Assembly: GCF_009914755.1 (NCBI RefSeq)
Contig: NC_060926.1
Strand: one strand, 5' to 3'
From: the human T2T-CHM13v2.0 reference genome, Homo sapiens
Length of the DNA stretch: 64,000 nt
Numbering within the stretch: the stretch's first letter is position 1; each line of letters begins with the position of its first letter. The translations under genes and the position numbers were made by a program. The notes under the pieces are model-generated. The model made no database searches. It was not told where the DNA came from and was given only the letters and a program-made list of their open reading frames with translations. Positions 24,036-49,158 of this stretch are shown piece by piece.

Positions 24036-25086
24036 CTGTGGAAATGACCCCAACTCAACCATGATCTGGAGCTGATCCTGCATCACCACAGAACCTCTCC
24101 CTCAAGTCACCCTAAATTAGCTCAATGGGTAGAGAAATGGCTTTGGGGTGAAACCGAGAGCCTATTGGAACCAAGGTCAGCCTTATTCCAGTGGACATAG
24201 AATGACTGCTTAGCACGACTTATTAGATATATCTACTTTCTATTTCTCACCTTAGGCTGCTACAATGGCAATCAACTGGATCATAGCCTCTCTCTAATAC
24301 ACACACAATCAACACTCAAAAACAGTGATCAGCTAAGGAGAAAAGAGCTATACAGAGGCATGCCTGGGAAAGCAGGTGGTGACTCCGGAATGAAGAGATC
24401 GCACTTAGCCTGCTCACCACTCTATTTACTCATACACTGCACATTAGGCGTACCTGGCATAGTGTCACAGTCAAAACAGGTACTTCAATAATGAGCACTG
24501 TTAAATGAATGAACTGCTAAAAGCAAAGCAGTTTGTTGCTACTTAAAATCATCAAATCCTATTAACTATACTGTAGGAAGAGGCTTAGCAATCACCTATT
24601 GAAATGGCCTCATTTTATAGAAGGAGAAACTGAAGCAAGATGACCTGCCAAGATACAGGACTCAAACTCAGAAGTCTTGGCTCCTAGTCCTCTGACTCTC
24701 CCCGTGCGACCCCTTCTTCCAGCCTTGGTATATATACCGGGGCTCCATTTTCCCTTTCAGGAGCCACTTCTACTCACTGAGAACTCTAAGGCACTGTAAT
24801 TTTCTCAAAGTACCCCACTTATTCCTATTTAGTTATATTCAAGGAATTCTATTAGACAGTAAACATTAACCCCAGTGACTTAACCATGTACAAACTATGT
24901 CTGTGCTCTAGGGCAAATGTGCAATCTTTTAGTCAGATACAGTAATGAAAAATGGGAAAATACTGTAATAAGGTTAAAATGCAGTAAAACATAGCAGATA
25001 CATTCTCAATGAAAGTATACACTGTACTTTAACTTTTTTCTTTCTTTTTGCTGATCCACTTGGTATATTTTAAATAATTATATTGT

Positions 25087-25383
25087 GGCCGGGCGCAGTG
25101 GCTCACACCCGTAATCCCAGCACTTTGGGAGGCCGACGGGGGGCGGATCACCTGAGGTCAGGAGATCAAGACCACCTTGGCTAACACGGTGAAACCCCGT
25201 CTCCACTAAAAATATAAAAAATTAGCCGGGCATGGTGGCGGGCGCCTATAGTCCCAGCTGCTCGGGAGGCTGAGGCAGGAGAATGGCGCGAAACCTGGGA
25301 GGCAGAGCTTGCAGTGAGCCGAGATCGCACCACTGCACTCCAGCCTGGGCGACAGAGAAGACTCCGTCTCAAAAAAAAAAAAA
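25087..25383 (+). mobile_element. AluY-type SINE
   Basis: Full dimer, flanking AATTATATTG repeat. Confidence 0.92.
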
Positions 25384-25605
25384 TTATATTGCTTTACATT
25401 TGTTAGTTTAAATTTGCGGTAGCAAAGTTAAAAGATAACTGCACTTTTTTTTAAGCAAAAGAACATATAATGCCCAAGTCTGAAACCCATACAACACCAT
25501 AAAATTTATCTGGTTTAAACTAGAGAGCTTGTTTACACTAGAAGGGGTCCCTTTACCTTAATCAACGTCAAAAACAAGAATGGACTGGGTATGTTTATCA
25601 CTCAC

Positions 25606-25661
25606 CTCCTCATCAGACTCAAACTGCACATTCACACCGTATGTCTCATCAATGTTGTCAT
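25606..25661 (-). CDS. SNRNP200: SNRNP200 exon 5
   Basis: 56 nt, DNIDETYGVNVQFESDEE. Confidence 0.95.
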
Positions 25662-26087
25662 CTGAAACAATGAAGGATTAGAAAAAGAGGGCAGTGAATG
25701 GCTAGTAAAACAAGGCACTCTGGAGCCAATGTCCTCCCCGACTACCTCTCCTCAGGAAAGATCTAAGTGCTAAGGACACATACAGATACTTAGATGATCA
25801 ACATGAGAGAGCCACCTATGCTGCTCCTGCCAAGACCTTCTCCACCTGCCAGCCTTGGAGTCAGCCCAGCTCTGCTTGCTCAACCACTTGAGCCCCCAAG
25901 GCTCTGCCCACATTTTCTCATATTCCACACAATAAAAGGGTCTCAGAGTAAGGAACAGCTGCTGGAATCTAGGGATTCTGGTGTCCATCAATTGTAACTC
26001 TTCAAAAAACACAGAACAGATTATGGGAACTCACTGACATTAAGGTTTTTAAATGAATGATGCTAGAAGATGCATGTTTAGGGGTCA

Positions 26088-26378
<291 letters not shown>

Positions 26379-26689
26379 TCAACCAGGTGTATGTGGCGGC
26401 AGGATGTGAAGAGCCACACCTCTTCAAAACCTGCCACATACTAGGCTCTGACCTTTCTCATTAATGCTGATGCCACAACTAAAGGAAGACTTGTCTGTTT
26501 TTAAAAAGATTAGCTAGGTGGCCTCAAGCAGCAGGACACAGCTTCCACAACAGCTTGCCACACTCCAGGTGGTAGTCACTTGGCAGACCTCCTCTAGCTT
26601 GCCACACTTTTGTAATTCTTTGTCCTCACTTCCTCTAGCACCCACCTCAACAGAGCTCCTCAGACTCATAATGGTCCCCAATCTAATCA

Positions 26690-26920
26690 CACATGTGTAA
26701 TGGTTAGGAACATGGATTCTAGAGATAAACTATCTGGATCATATCTTGGCTCTGCCAAATACTACTTCTGTGACTCGGGAAAATTACTTAACTATTCTTG
26801 CCTCACATCTCTCTTCTATAAAATGGAAAATGAATATTAACAGCACCTATTCATGGAGTTATGTAGGGTTGGGGGAAGACACGTGCTGTTCCACACAAAT
26901 CGAGTGCTCAGTAAATATAA
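26690..26920 (+). mobile_element. MIR SINE
   Basis: MIR core-like (GGCTCTGCCA..TACT..CTGTGACT..GG..AA.TTACTTAAC...CTATAAAATGG). Confidence 0.65.
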
Positions 26921-27032
26921 GCCACTTCTGCCAACCAGTACAGCCCACAAGAGGATCCAGAGAAAAGGTTCAGTCTCCCAGCTGTGACCCTCTCCCTTTC
27001 TGACACATGGTCTCATCCTCTGGCCACCTCAC

Positions 27033-28066
<1,034 letters not shown>

Positions 28067-28216
28067 TCAGCAAATGATTCCGTTTGGCCTTAATCACTTG
28101 CAGGAGTATTTCTTTATGGGACACAGTGACAAAAAGAAAAATTCCCTATCATCTTCTCACTAGATGCACTAAACATTACAATGAGATGTTTCTCATTTAA
28201 AAAATACAACCCTTTG

Positions 28217-28515
28217 GCCAGGTGCAGTGGTTCACGCCTGTAATCCCAACATTTTGGGAGGCCAAGGCAGGCGGATCACCTGAGGTCAGGAGTTCAAGAC
28301 CAACCTGGCCAACATGGAGAAACCCTGTATCTACTAAATATACAAAAATTAGCCGGGCACAGTGGCGAGCGCCTGTAATCCCAGCTACTCAGGAGGCTGA
28401 GGCAGGAGAATCGCTTGAACCCGGGAGGTGGAGGTTGCCGTGAGAGAGATCACGCCACTGCACTCCAGCCTGGGTGACAGAGTGAGATTCCGTCTCAAAA
28501 AAAAAAAAAAAAAAA
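28217..28515 (+). mobile_element. Alu (Sx-type)
   Basis: Full dimer, flanking TACAACCCTT repeat. Confidence 0.92.
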
Positions 28516-29311
28516 GTACAACCCTTCATACATTGTATGAGACTATTATATAATAGGATTTTGACTAGTTTTTCACCTCTCCAATGCATTTTCCCTTTCT
28601 AGCTAGAGAACCAAGCTCTAACAGAATCTACTGCCGTTGACTATCAACAAAGTATAACAAAACTGGAAAAGAAGATATAGCACAAAGTGGAGATAATGTA
28701 TTAACTCATTTCAAACATAACTACTTTAATCAAACTAAGCCTAGGAATTTTGGAAACTTCATCATAGGAAAGGGAGCAAGACACCAAGATATTCAGGATC
28801 AAAAGATAATGATGAGGTAAAGGTAAGTTTTTGAAACATATCCCCAAGAAATCTTAAAAAAAAAAAATAAAGGAAAAAAATGCAAACTAAGAAAGAAACC
28901 TGTCTTTCATACTATGGATGCTTAAATTAGTTTGTTACAACAAAATAGGTAGAACGTGGACAAGAGTAAATGGAAAAAGTAGGGGTAGGAAGTTAGTAAT
29001 GGGAAAAAAGGAAAACGAATTACTGGGACATAGGAATAGCAAGGGTCTTGAAAATACCCTGAAGAAAATTAAGATCTGTCTATGGACCAGAAACACACAT
29101 GTAAGAAAAAGGTACCAACAAGTTATTTTCCACTTGAGATGCACTTGTTAAGGCCAAAAAATCTTTAAACTCTCCTGGTCTGTTTTTACCTTCACTGAAT
29201 TGTTTTAATGCCACTGATCTTACACCAAGCATTCCAGCAAAAATGCTGCTCGAATGTTAAAGGGAAGAGACTTTGGATCTGAAGGAAAAAATAGTATCCC
29301 CTTGGCACTCA

Positions 29312-29485
<174 letters not shown>

Positions 29486-29999
29486 TCAAAACATTATTGA
29501 AGCTTTGACATGAGCAGGGCCAATTCCTACTATCATAGTTACCCCAGCTGATGGAAAAAATCGTAGTAACTAGTTGCTTATCATCACTAATCGTAATAAA
29601 AATATATTTTCCTTAAGAATTGCATAGTATAACGCTGTGCAGAAGCGTACAGCTGAATAAGTCTTATGCGCTGTCGAATCAGCTAAACAATTCTTGTTCC
29701 TAACAGCGCCCATCATAACCCACACCTGTGAAAAGTAGTGAGTGGGTTGGGAGTGACGTGTGGAAGGGGGAGGGCTTAGCGTTGAAGGTACTCGAGAAAC
29801 TCCTCCTAGAGAGATCTTAGCGCTCCCCAGACCCCAGTAGGTTATTCACGTCATCGTATAACCCCCACCTTCACCCCGATTCCATTTCCCCTTCGTTTTC
29901 GTGGCTCTCCTGTAGGCCTTCAGACTGAAACTCCCTTTTTCAGCCTCCCCCTCCCCATTGGACTCCTGAGCCTGGAATCCTTCCCCAAGACCAAACGCA

Positions 30000-30420
30000 C
30001 CGCCTTGTACTCGTATTGCAGACTACGGGCGGTTACATCCGCCATGGCCGCGGCTGCTCGGAGGCTTCAGACCACCACGCCTCCCTACCGCAAGCTGCAA
30101 ACGGCCGCAGATCTCTGCTCCCGCCGCGCCGGAACGACGCAGGAAAGACGCACTGGGGAAGGAAAAGAAACGGGTTCCCTTCCGCTTCCGGGTCGCGCCC
30201 CAGAAGTGCGGGGCGGGGCGTGTCTGGGGCGTGTCCCTGCCGTGTGCGCGCGGCTTTCCGCACCCTTCTGAGCGGGATATGTGGGCCTGGTGCGTCTGGG
30301 TCCCCGAATCCCTAGACCCCCGCACTCTGGTTCTGGCCGCCCGCTGGCACTAAGGACCCAGGGCCCGTGCTCTCCCCGACCTCAGTCTCCAGCCCCCGGC
30401 ACCCCTCACATCATAACGAA
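30000..30420. promoter_or_regulatory. SNRNP200 CpG-island promoter
   Basis: CpG dense; tandem ETS/GABP cores CTTCCGCTTCCG ~30179-30190; GC box GGGGCGGGGC 30210-30219; no TATA. Confidence 0.85.
30001..30045 (-). CDS. SNRNP200: SNRNP200 exon 1 coding part
   Basis: GCCATGG Kozak, MADVTARSLQYEYKA, donor GTGCGT at 30000. Confidence 0.97.
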
Positions 30421-31406
30421 TGCACGGCTGCTTAGCCCCTGTCCTGTCCCAAGACCTTTCCTTCCGGTTCCTTCCTCTTTGGCAACAGTCCCATGAGGTA
30501 GGCAGGAAAAGAGGGGCCGAAAACCCCATTTCCGTTTGAGGTAACTAAAGTACCCAGCGAGCAAGGTGACTTGCGCGTGTGTCTGTGTTTGTGTGTTTTA
30601 ATGATTGGCGCCTTGCTTTGGGTTTCTCTTCTGTGTTCAACAATTGAAAAAGAAAGCTACTATCCCCCACCAATCCCACCTAAACCTGTGCCCCCAAGAC
30701 CCTCGTTTTCACCCAGCTGAACGAACAGGGCCGGGGCCCCCATTTGCTCCCACTTGTCGGTAACATTCTATGGTAGGGCCCTCCCTGCCGCCCAGGGAAA
30801 CCGGTGAAGGCAGGGCCAAATCCTTGGTGACTATGACTTAATTTCTTCCCCAGCTACAAAGTCTTCTCTGTCCCACATTCCCCACCACTTCTCGCCAGTA
30901 GAATGGCGCCTTATGGCTGAAGGTGACCTCCCTCCTCACTTAGAGCATGTTTGCTTTTGAGAAGATGAATGAACAGGAGGATGGGTGTTAAGCCAAAGGA
31001 ATTCATCCTCAATAGCAGTCCCCTAGACCAGATTTGTTCTGTAGTGGTATCGTGTTTGGCTCACTGTTGGCTCCTTCTTTAAAAATTGGGATAATTTCAT
31101 GCAAACTCTGGCTCTCCCCCATCAGTTGAGATACTAGAAAATCAGCCACATGACACCCACACTGCTGCATGGCATGACCTGCTGCTGGTCAGCAGCTGCC
31201 AAGGTCAGAGAATAGGCAAGTCCTTCCCACTGCTCCTGTTTTCTCATGCCTGCCCATCTCCTTATTTTTACTTGCCCAGCCCCTGTAGGCATGGAGTTTG
31301 CTGCTTTGGTGGGTGTTTGTTTTTTTTTTAATAACTCGTCTTCCCAAGGGACAGTCGAGTCCTCATGGCTCTGCTCCTCAGTGGCTGTGTGACTTTGAAG
31401 TAGCTA

Positions 31407-36693
<5,287 letters not shown>

Positions 36694-37367
36694 GCAGAAT
36701 GCAGTCATCTGCATTCTGTGGGAAATCACTTCTGACTTAGGAGAGCCTGTGAGGCTTTATAGCTGTAATGCAAAGGGTGGCTAAGGATTTCCGTAGAGGC
36801 AGGAGGTGGGGGATTTCAAAGGGACAGAGAAAAAGAAGAAGCATGAAGGCGGGAAGACAGAGGTGTATCTTGGGTACTGTTAAGAGCTCCATTAAGCTGA
36901 CTGCAGGGCAAATGTAAAGAATGAAACAATGTGATGACAGAGAGAGAGAGAATCTGTAATCTCTCTGTTAAAAAAAATGCCATTGTGAAGAGTTTTTCCT
37001 TTATTTAGGAGACAACGGGAAGCCATAGCATGTTTCTTGTCTGGGGAGTTTTATTTGTTTTTAACATCTTCATAGCATGTATTTGATTAGACAGAAGAAC
37101 ACTTAGATTAAGCAAAAATTTAGTGTACATGTGACAAGCATTTGTAAAGTTCCACTTTAGCATACATTAACTCATTGAATCCCCATGCAGCCCTGTGAAA
37201 TATATTGATGTCCCCCATTTTACCAATGAAGAACTCAAGGCCCCAAGAAGGTATTTGACTTGTCTGGCCTCATCTGCTGCAAAGCCAGGCCTTCTGTTTT
37301 CACCCCCTATGCACGGGGGTGTCCTCACAGAGCTGAGCTTCAGAAAGGTTATTCTCACAGTGCTGGG

Positions 37368-37453
37368 TGTGGAGTCCTAATTAAGGAAAAGGAGTCAGGC
37401 TGGCGGGACCAAAGGAAAGCAAAAAGAGAAAACAGATAAGCCATGAGTCTGCC
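37368..37453 (+). mobile_element. 5' fragment of an ERV1-type LTR
   Basis: Starts TGTGGAGTCCTAATTAAGGAAAAGGAGTCAGGCTGG, abruptly truncated. Confidence 0.6.
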
Positions 37454-38024
37454 ACTGCACCCGGCCTATCTGGTGTGTTTCTAAACAGGCTTGTTCCCTT
37501 CCAGGTCTTCACTTTAGGAGGCAATGGTCTTTTTTAACCAAGAGGCAGTTTCATGAGGTGGTTAAAAGTATAGACTCTTCTGGTAGACCATCTGGGTTCA
37601 AATCCCAGCTTCACCCCTTACTACCTGTGTGATCTTAGGCCTATTTTTAGCTACTCTGGGCCTAACAGGGATAGTTTTACCTACGCCATAGGGTTGTCTG
37701 GCACCTAGAACCATGCCAGGAAATAGCAAGTGTAAGGTTTTATCCAACAGCGCTGTTTCCTAAAAACATTTCTAAACACTCTGTGTTTGGAGGCAATTTT
37801 ATGACTCACAAAGGAAAACTGCCCCATTCTTGGTCATATCTATCCTTTCTTATCCCAAATGATCTTACCCAACCTGATGGCCCTTCCACCCAGTAAACTT
37901 GGTTCTGAATGACTGCTGACTGTTTCCCAAACTCCAGGCCTCATGCAGAGATAACAGGTTGCCAGCACTGGGTATATTCAATAACATGACTAGGTTGGGT
38001 GGCTGTTCCCAGAATGCTGTCAGC

Positions 38025-39602
<1,578 letters not shown>

Positions 39603-39764
39603 TAATACATGTCACTTTTTGTACATGTTCAGGAGTGTGATGTAGTCAGAACTGCCTTAATTTCTTTGACCAACTCGAATGATTATATAATTATTGGCAT
39701 TGGTTGAGTTTATTATGTGCCAGGCATTTAACCTATTTTATTCTTCAGCACCGTCTGAGGTCAG

Positions 39765-40210
39765 TGTTGGGAAAGGCAATCTGCATGGTCCAGAGCATGC
39801 CTGCATGTTCTTGCTGGGTGTGCCAGGAATGCAAGGCCCTGGCCACACTTTCCTAGGCCCTTTCCCAGAGCTGTATGTGTAGTGGGCAACCTTGAGGGAT
39901 AAGGTAATGTCTTCCATCAGGACAAAGAGAAGAATGGCCATGAAATAGGTAGTTTCCCTGAAATCAGAATTCCTTGTCTGCAATGCAAACCGTACCATGC
40001 ATAGCATCCACCTGGGCCTCTCCATGTTGCCCCTGTGGGACTTGAGAGAGCAAGGAGAATTGACACAAACAGGATGCTAGTGCTGATTGTTGTGCCATGA
40101 GTCATAAATTATTCTGTCTCTGACCCAGGAGTCTTGTGTCTTCTGCCAGCATCCATGAAACAGCAACAGTAACTATCTTTTAAGTAGGGTAAAATTCCAG
40201 ACTTTTGACA
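39765..40210 (+). mobile_element. ERV solo LTR (family not resolved)
   Basis: TG...CA termini, ~450 bp, LTR-like TGTCTCTGACCCAGGAGTCTTGTGTCTTCTGCCAGCATCCATGAAAC segment. Confidence 0.6.
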
Positions 40211-41189
40211 GTTTGGATGGAAAGGATTTAATGTTGTCATAACTATGGGGCAGCAAGCCTTGCAGCCACAGCCAAAAGGCAACATGATTGTGGGTGCTGA
40301 GTCACTGGGTCCCTAAAACTGAGACAAATGGCATCAGCAATGAGGATATAGAGCTTCCAGTGGACCGAAAGCACTGGAGCGTGCAAAATCTTGTTTATTG
40401 GAACAGAGCTGCTCTCTCCCTTTGTGCGACTGATTCTTTGGACCCCTCCCCAACCTCAGCTATGTTAAGGAAAAAGCTGAGTATGTTGGGGAACTTCACG
40501 GAAGGGGCTTTGTTACAGGAACCCAAGTCACCATCCTCCCCGGTCCTGTGGCAGGAAGCGGTGCTAGGCGCAGCTGGAGTGGTTTTAGAGCAGCCTGAAA
40601 TAAAAGACACTCAGTCCCTCAGGGCCAGAATCAGAGGAGGCTGTGGCCAGAAAAATCCCAGCTACTGGATGAGCCTGAGGACAAAGCCTAGGCAGGCAAA
40701 CACAGCCAGAAACTAAAGGGCATCACAAACAGGAAATCTGACGCTGGCAACATAAAGGGGTCACCACCTCAGTAGAAGCAGGGACCAGAGCCCTTCAAGA
40801 GTGAATAGATGGACACACAGACCCTCCACCCCCTCCTCATCCACATGGAGGGAACTCCACTCCCTCTACAACTCAGGGCCCCAAATTCTACATGGTTTCT
40901 GTGGAAGCAAGTCCTCATGGATCTAGTTTTAGTCCCTGGAGAGCTGGTCTCTTGGCCCCTGGATAAGGTGAAAACCTGGTAGGCACTAGAAAAGACTGCC
41001 CTTCCCTTGTTCCCCGCTATTTGTCCTTCCCATTCCCACTTAGTTCCTTTGTCTTTTCTCCATTCTACATGCTCTGTCTCAACGTGGGACTAAAATATAT
41101 ATTGTTATTAGTTACAGGGTTATTGATTAAGTTTTGGTTTCTAAACTTGCTCTTAAAATGCAGTTGCATTGAACATTTGATTTGCCTTT

Positions 41190-44976
<3,787 letters not shown>

Positions 44977-45789
44977 TAGTGGTGCATTTCATGCACAGGT
45001 ATCAGCTAGTCTAGTAATAATTCTCCTCCACAAATCATTGGGAAAAAGGCGGCAATTTTGTACTTTTCCTTTATGTTCAGAAGCATCAGCAATATACAAC
45101 TCAATGTCTACACAGGTCTTTGTTACACAGCATGAGTCACAAAATGTTTGCCACCAGAGCAGGATAAGTTTTTGAGCTTGTAATAGCAAGAAACTGGTTT
45201 GAAGAAAATCTTGCAGTTATAAAATAAAGTGATTTTTTTTGAAATGTGTTGTTGAGAGAAGTGATTTGTCATGTAGTTATTTATTGTATCAGTTATTTTG
45301 CCTGGTTACCCTGATATCCCACCTCTAACCTCAAAACTAAACATTTTATTTGAGATCTGTTTATTTGCTTCTCTGATTCTTGGCCATATATCTAATTTCT
45401 ACATCCTCTTGGTCAGGATTTCGTGTGCATCTTAAGCTTGCTTCCGGTAAGTTATCCCCAACTGCCAAACATCTTATACAAAAAGAAGGTACAGTCTCTA
45501 TCCCACCGCAAACTCTCTCCTATTTCTCATAGCTGGATCATCCTGTCACTCACTCATTTCATAACACTTAGCACTTGCACACCAGGAATTAAGCTAGGTC
45601 TAATTTTGGTCTTTGCCCTTAAGGATCCCAGTGTGATGCTGTAAGGACCCAGTGAACACTGTTGAGCCCAGGAGCGAGGTGACTAATCCGTGAGCCAGGT
45701 GCTCTAAATATACAGTAAAGGGCCATTTAATTTTTGCACCAACCTTAAAAGAGAAGGACTTTTGTCGTCATGTTTGCCAGATTAGGAAG

Positions 45790-46790
45790 CTGAGGCTCAG
45801 GGAGGTTCGGAACCTTGCCGGACCGAGTTGGCAGGAGGCGAGACGAGGCTCTAAGCCCTGCTCCCAGAGCTCTTTCTCCCCCATCAAGCTGCGTCCACGC
45901 GGTTAGGAAGCATCGCTTGGGCCCTGGGGGATGGGCAGCGGCAAAGGAGAGCTTTTTCCTGTCCGCTCGGGGAAGAGCGCCCAGGGGAAAGGGGTTGTGG
46001 GTCCCGGCACGCGGCACTACGCTCCCCGTCCCCCGCCTCGTCTTTCTTCGGCTCGGCCCGTGGGGCTTCCGCCGCCCTGGGCTTGCAGCTGGGACTCATT
46101 TCCAGATCGGTCGAAGGCAGGTCTTCCTTCTAGGGACCGGTAGCTCAGAGGAAGGACCGGCGGCAACCGCTGCCCTGTCCGAAAGTGCGTCTCCTTTTTC
46201 ATTCCGAAATGAAATTCGTAGTTGGTTAAAACGGGGCTTGCCAGCACGATTTACAAACAAGACGAGCGCTCGCTGCAATCACATGAGGAGAAAAGGAAAG
46301 GACTAATTCATAATGCGGTCACTAGAGCCTCGATGTGCCCAGGGGAGCGCCCGCCGAGCGCCAGCGGGAACAGCGCATCGCGGACGCTGCAGGGAGTGTG
46401 GCCCCTCCGCAGGCGCGTGCACAGGCTCGCATTCTGGAGGGCAGCGCATCTCAGCCGTGCGCCCGGTCCTTGCCACCCCAAACTCCGGCAGCGAACAACG
46501 CGTCCTGGGGGCGGCCCCGCGGCTGCTCTTGGAGGCGGCGGAAAAGGCGCGTCCGCGGCTTGGGGGACGGAGGCGGGGTCGGGGGCGAAGGGAGGCGGCT
46601 CCTGGGGCCCAGAAAGCTGGCGAGGATGAGGAACCTCCCCCCACCTCCACTCCCAGCTCTCCGAACCGTGAAGACACTGCCCCGGCGCAAAGCGTCTCTA
46701 GCGGTCCTAGGCGCACCTGTTTCTGTAGAAAACGTGTTTTGTGCTCACGAGGCACACGAGGGAGGGCTTTGGGCACACAGCCCATTCATA
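45790..46790. promoter_or_regulatory. Orphan CpG island, probable promoter or enhancer
   Basis: ~1 kb GC- and CpG-rich non-repetitive sequence; NRF1-like CGCAGGCGCG ~46408; GC boxes ~46570. Confidence 0.75.
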
Positions 46791-46884
46791 CGCTGGACAC
46801 TGCATGTTTATTTTTGTGAAAAGAATACCTCCTTATTGCTAGACACCTGCAATCAATCCCTCCACCCTCAGAAGATCACTGTAA

Positions 46885-47392
<508 letters not shown>

Positions 47393-47452
47393 AGCAACCA
47401 CTTTTAAAACAAATCCTTAACCATGAACACACATTTTTAAGCATATGGTTTT

Positions 47453-48535
47453 ACAGATGCTGGTGAAAATGGGGAGAAAAGGGAACTCTGATATGCTGTT
47501 GGGTAAACTAGCACAGCTGCTATGGAGAATAACATGGAGGTTCCTCAGAAAACTACAAGTAGATCTACTCACATGATCTAGCAATCCCATTACTTAAAAT
47601 CTATCCAAAGGAAAGGAAATCATTATATCAAAGAGAAATCTGCACCCTCATGTTTATAGCTGCACTATTCAGAATAGCCAATATGGAATTGACCTATGTG
47701 TCCAACAATAGATGAATGAATAAGGAAAACGTGGTATATGTACACAATGGAATGCTATTTGGCCATAAAAAAAAATGAAATCCTGTCATTTGCAGCAACT
47801 TGGATGGAATTGGAGGATATTAAGTGAAATAAGCCAGGCACAGAAAGATAAACACCACATGTTCTCAGTCACATGTGGAACCTAGAAAAAGTTGATGTAA
47901 TAGAAGTAAAAGGTAGAACAGAGGATGCTAGAGGCTGGGAAGGGGAGGGGAAGGTGGTGATAGGGAGGGATTTGTTAAAGGATTCAAGATTATAGCCAGA
48001 TGGGAGGACTAAGTACTAGGGTTTCACACCACTGTAGGTTGACTACAGTTAACAATAATAGACCAGGCATGGTGGCTCATGCCTGTAATCCCAGCACTTT
48101 GGGAGGCCAAGGTGGGCAGATTGCTTGAGCTCAGGAGCTCGAGAACATGGTGAAACCCCCACTCTACTAAAATACAAAAAAATTGCCGGGCTTGGTGGTG
48201 TGTGCCTGTAATCCCAGCTATTTGGGAGGCTGAGGCAGGAAAACTGCTTGACCCAGGAGGTGGAGGTTGCAGTGAGCTGAGATGGTGCCACTGCACTCCA
48301 GCCTGGGTGACAGAGCAAGACTCCGTCACACACACACACAAAATAATAATAGTAATAATATATAGTTTCAAATAGCTAGAGGGAGGATTGAACCTTCCCA
48401 ACACAAAGAAATGATAAATGTTTGAGATGATGGATATGCTAATTACCCTAATCTGAAATTATACATTGTATGTATGAAACATGACTGTGCACCCTATGAA
48501 TATGTACAATTATTATTTGTTAATTAAAATAATAC
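47453..48535 (+). mobile_element. L1MA 3' end interrupted by Alu (48061-48345 +)
   Basis: GCCATAAAAAAAAATGAAATCCTGTCATTTGCAGCAAC..., TGAGATGATGGATATGCTAATTACCC. Confidence 0.85.
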
Positions 48536-48853
48536 AACTTTAAAACACATGGTCTTAAACATTATCGTTTTTGCACACTCTGAAGCATATATTTTGCATC
48601 CTGACATCATGTCATAAGTGAAAAGATAAGAGACTTTCATTATTACTGCTCCAAATGCATGAATGCTCAATAACCTGTGATCTATTTTTCATAATTCACA
48701 TTTATAAACAGTAACTTTGGAACTTCAGTCATTGTCAGCTAGCAGACAGTTTTTCCTGCTCCACAATTAAATAAGTCAGTATTCTTGGAAGTATTGTACA
48801 AGTTGTTTGGGAGCTCCCTACACATTGCCACTGGATAAGAAGACCTGAAACCC

Positions 48854-49158
48854 AGCCATGTGTGATGGCTTACACATATAATCCCAGCATTTTGGGAGGC
48901 CGAGGCGGGCAGATCACCTGAGGTCAGGAGTTCGAGACCAGCATGGCCAACATGGTGAAACCCCGTCTTTACTAAAAATACAAAAATTAGCTGGACATGG
49001 TGGCATACACCTGTGGTCCCAGCTACTCAGTAGGCTGAGGCAGGAGAATCACTGGAACCTGGGGCGGGTAGGCTGCAGTGAGCCAAGATGGTGCCACTAC
49101 ACTCCAGCCTGGGTGACAGAGCGAAACTCTTTCTCAAAAACAAACAAACAAATAAAAA
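48854..49158 (+). mobile_element. Alu (Sx-type)
   Basis: Full dimer, flanking CCTGAAAC. Confidence 0.9.

Noticed and set aside
40288-40716. 142-aa + strand ORF
   Set aside because: Non-ATG start, no recognisable homology; the region is better explained by a minus-strand candidate exon
44989-45189. 66-aa ORF in unique sequence, considered as a pseudogene fragment
   Set aside because: I cannot match it to any protein family; needs TBLASTX/Dfam
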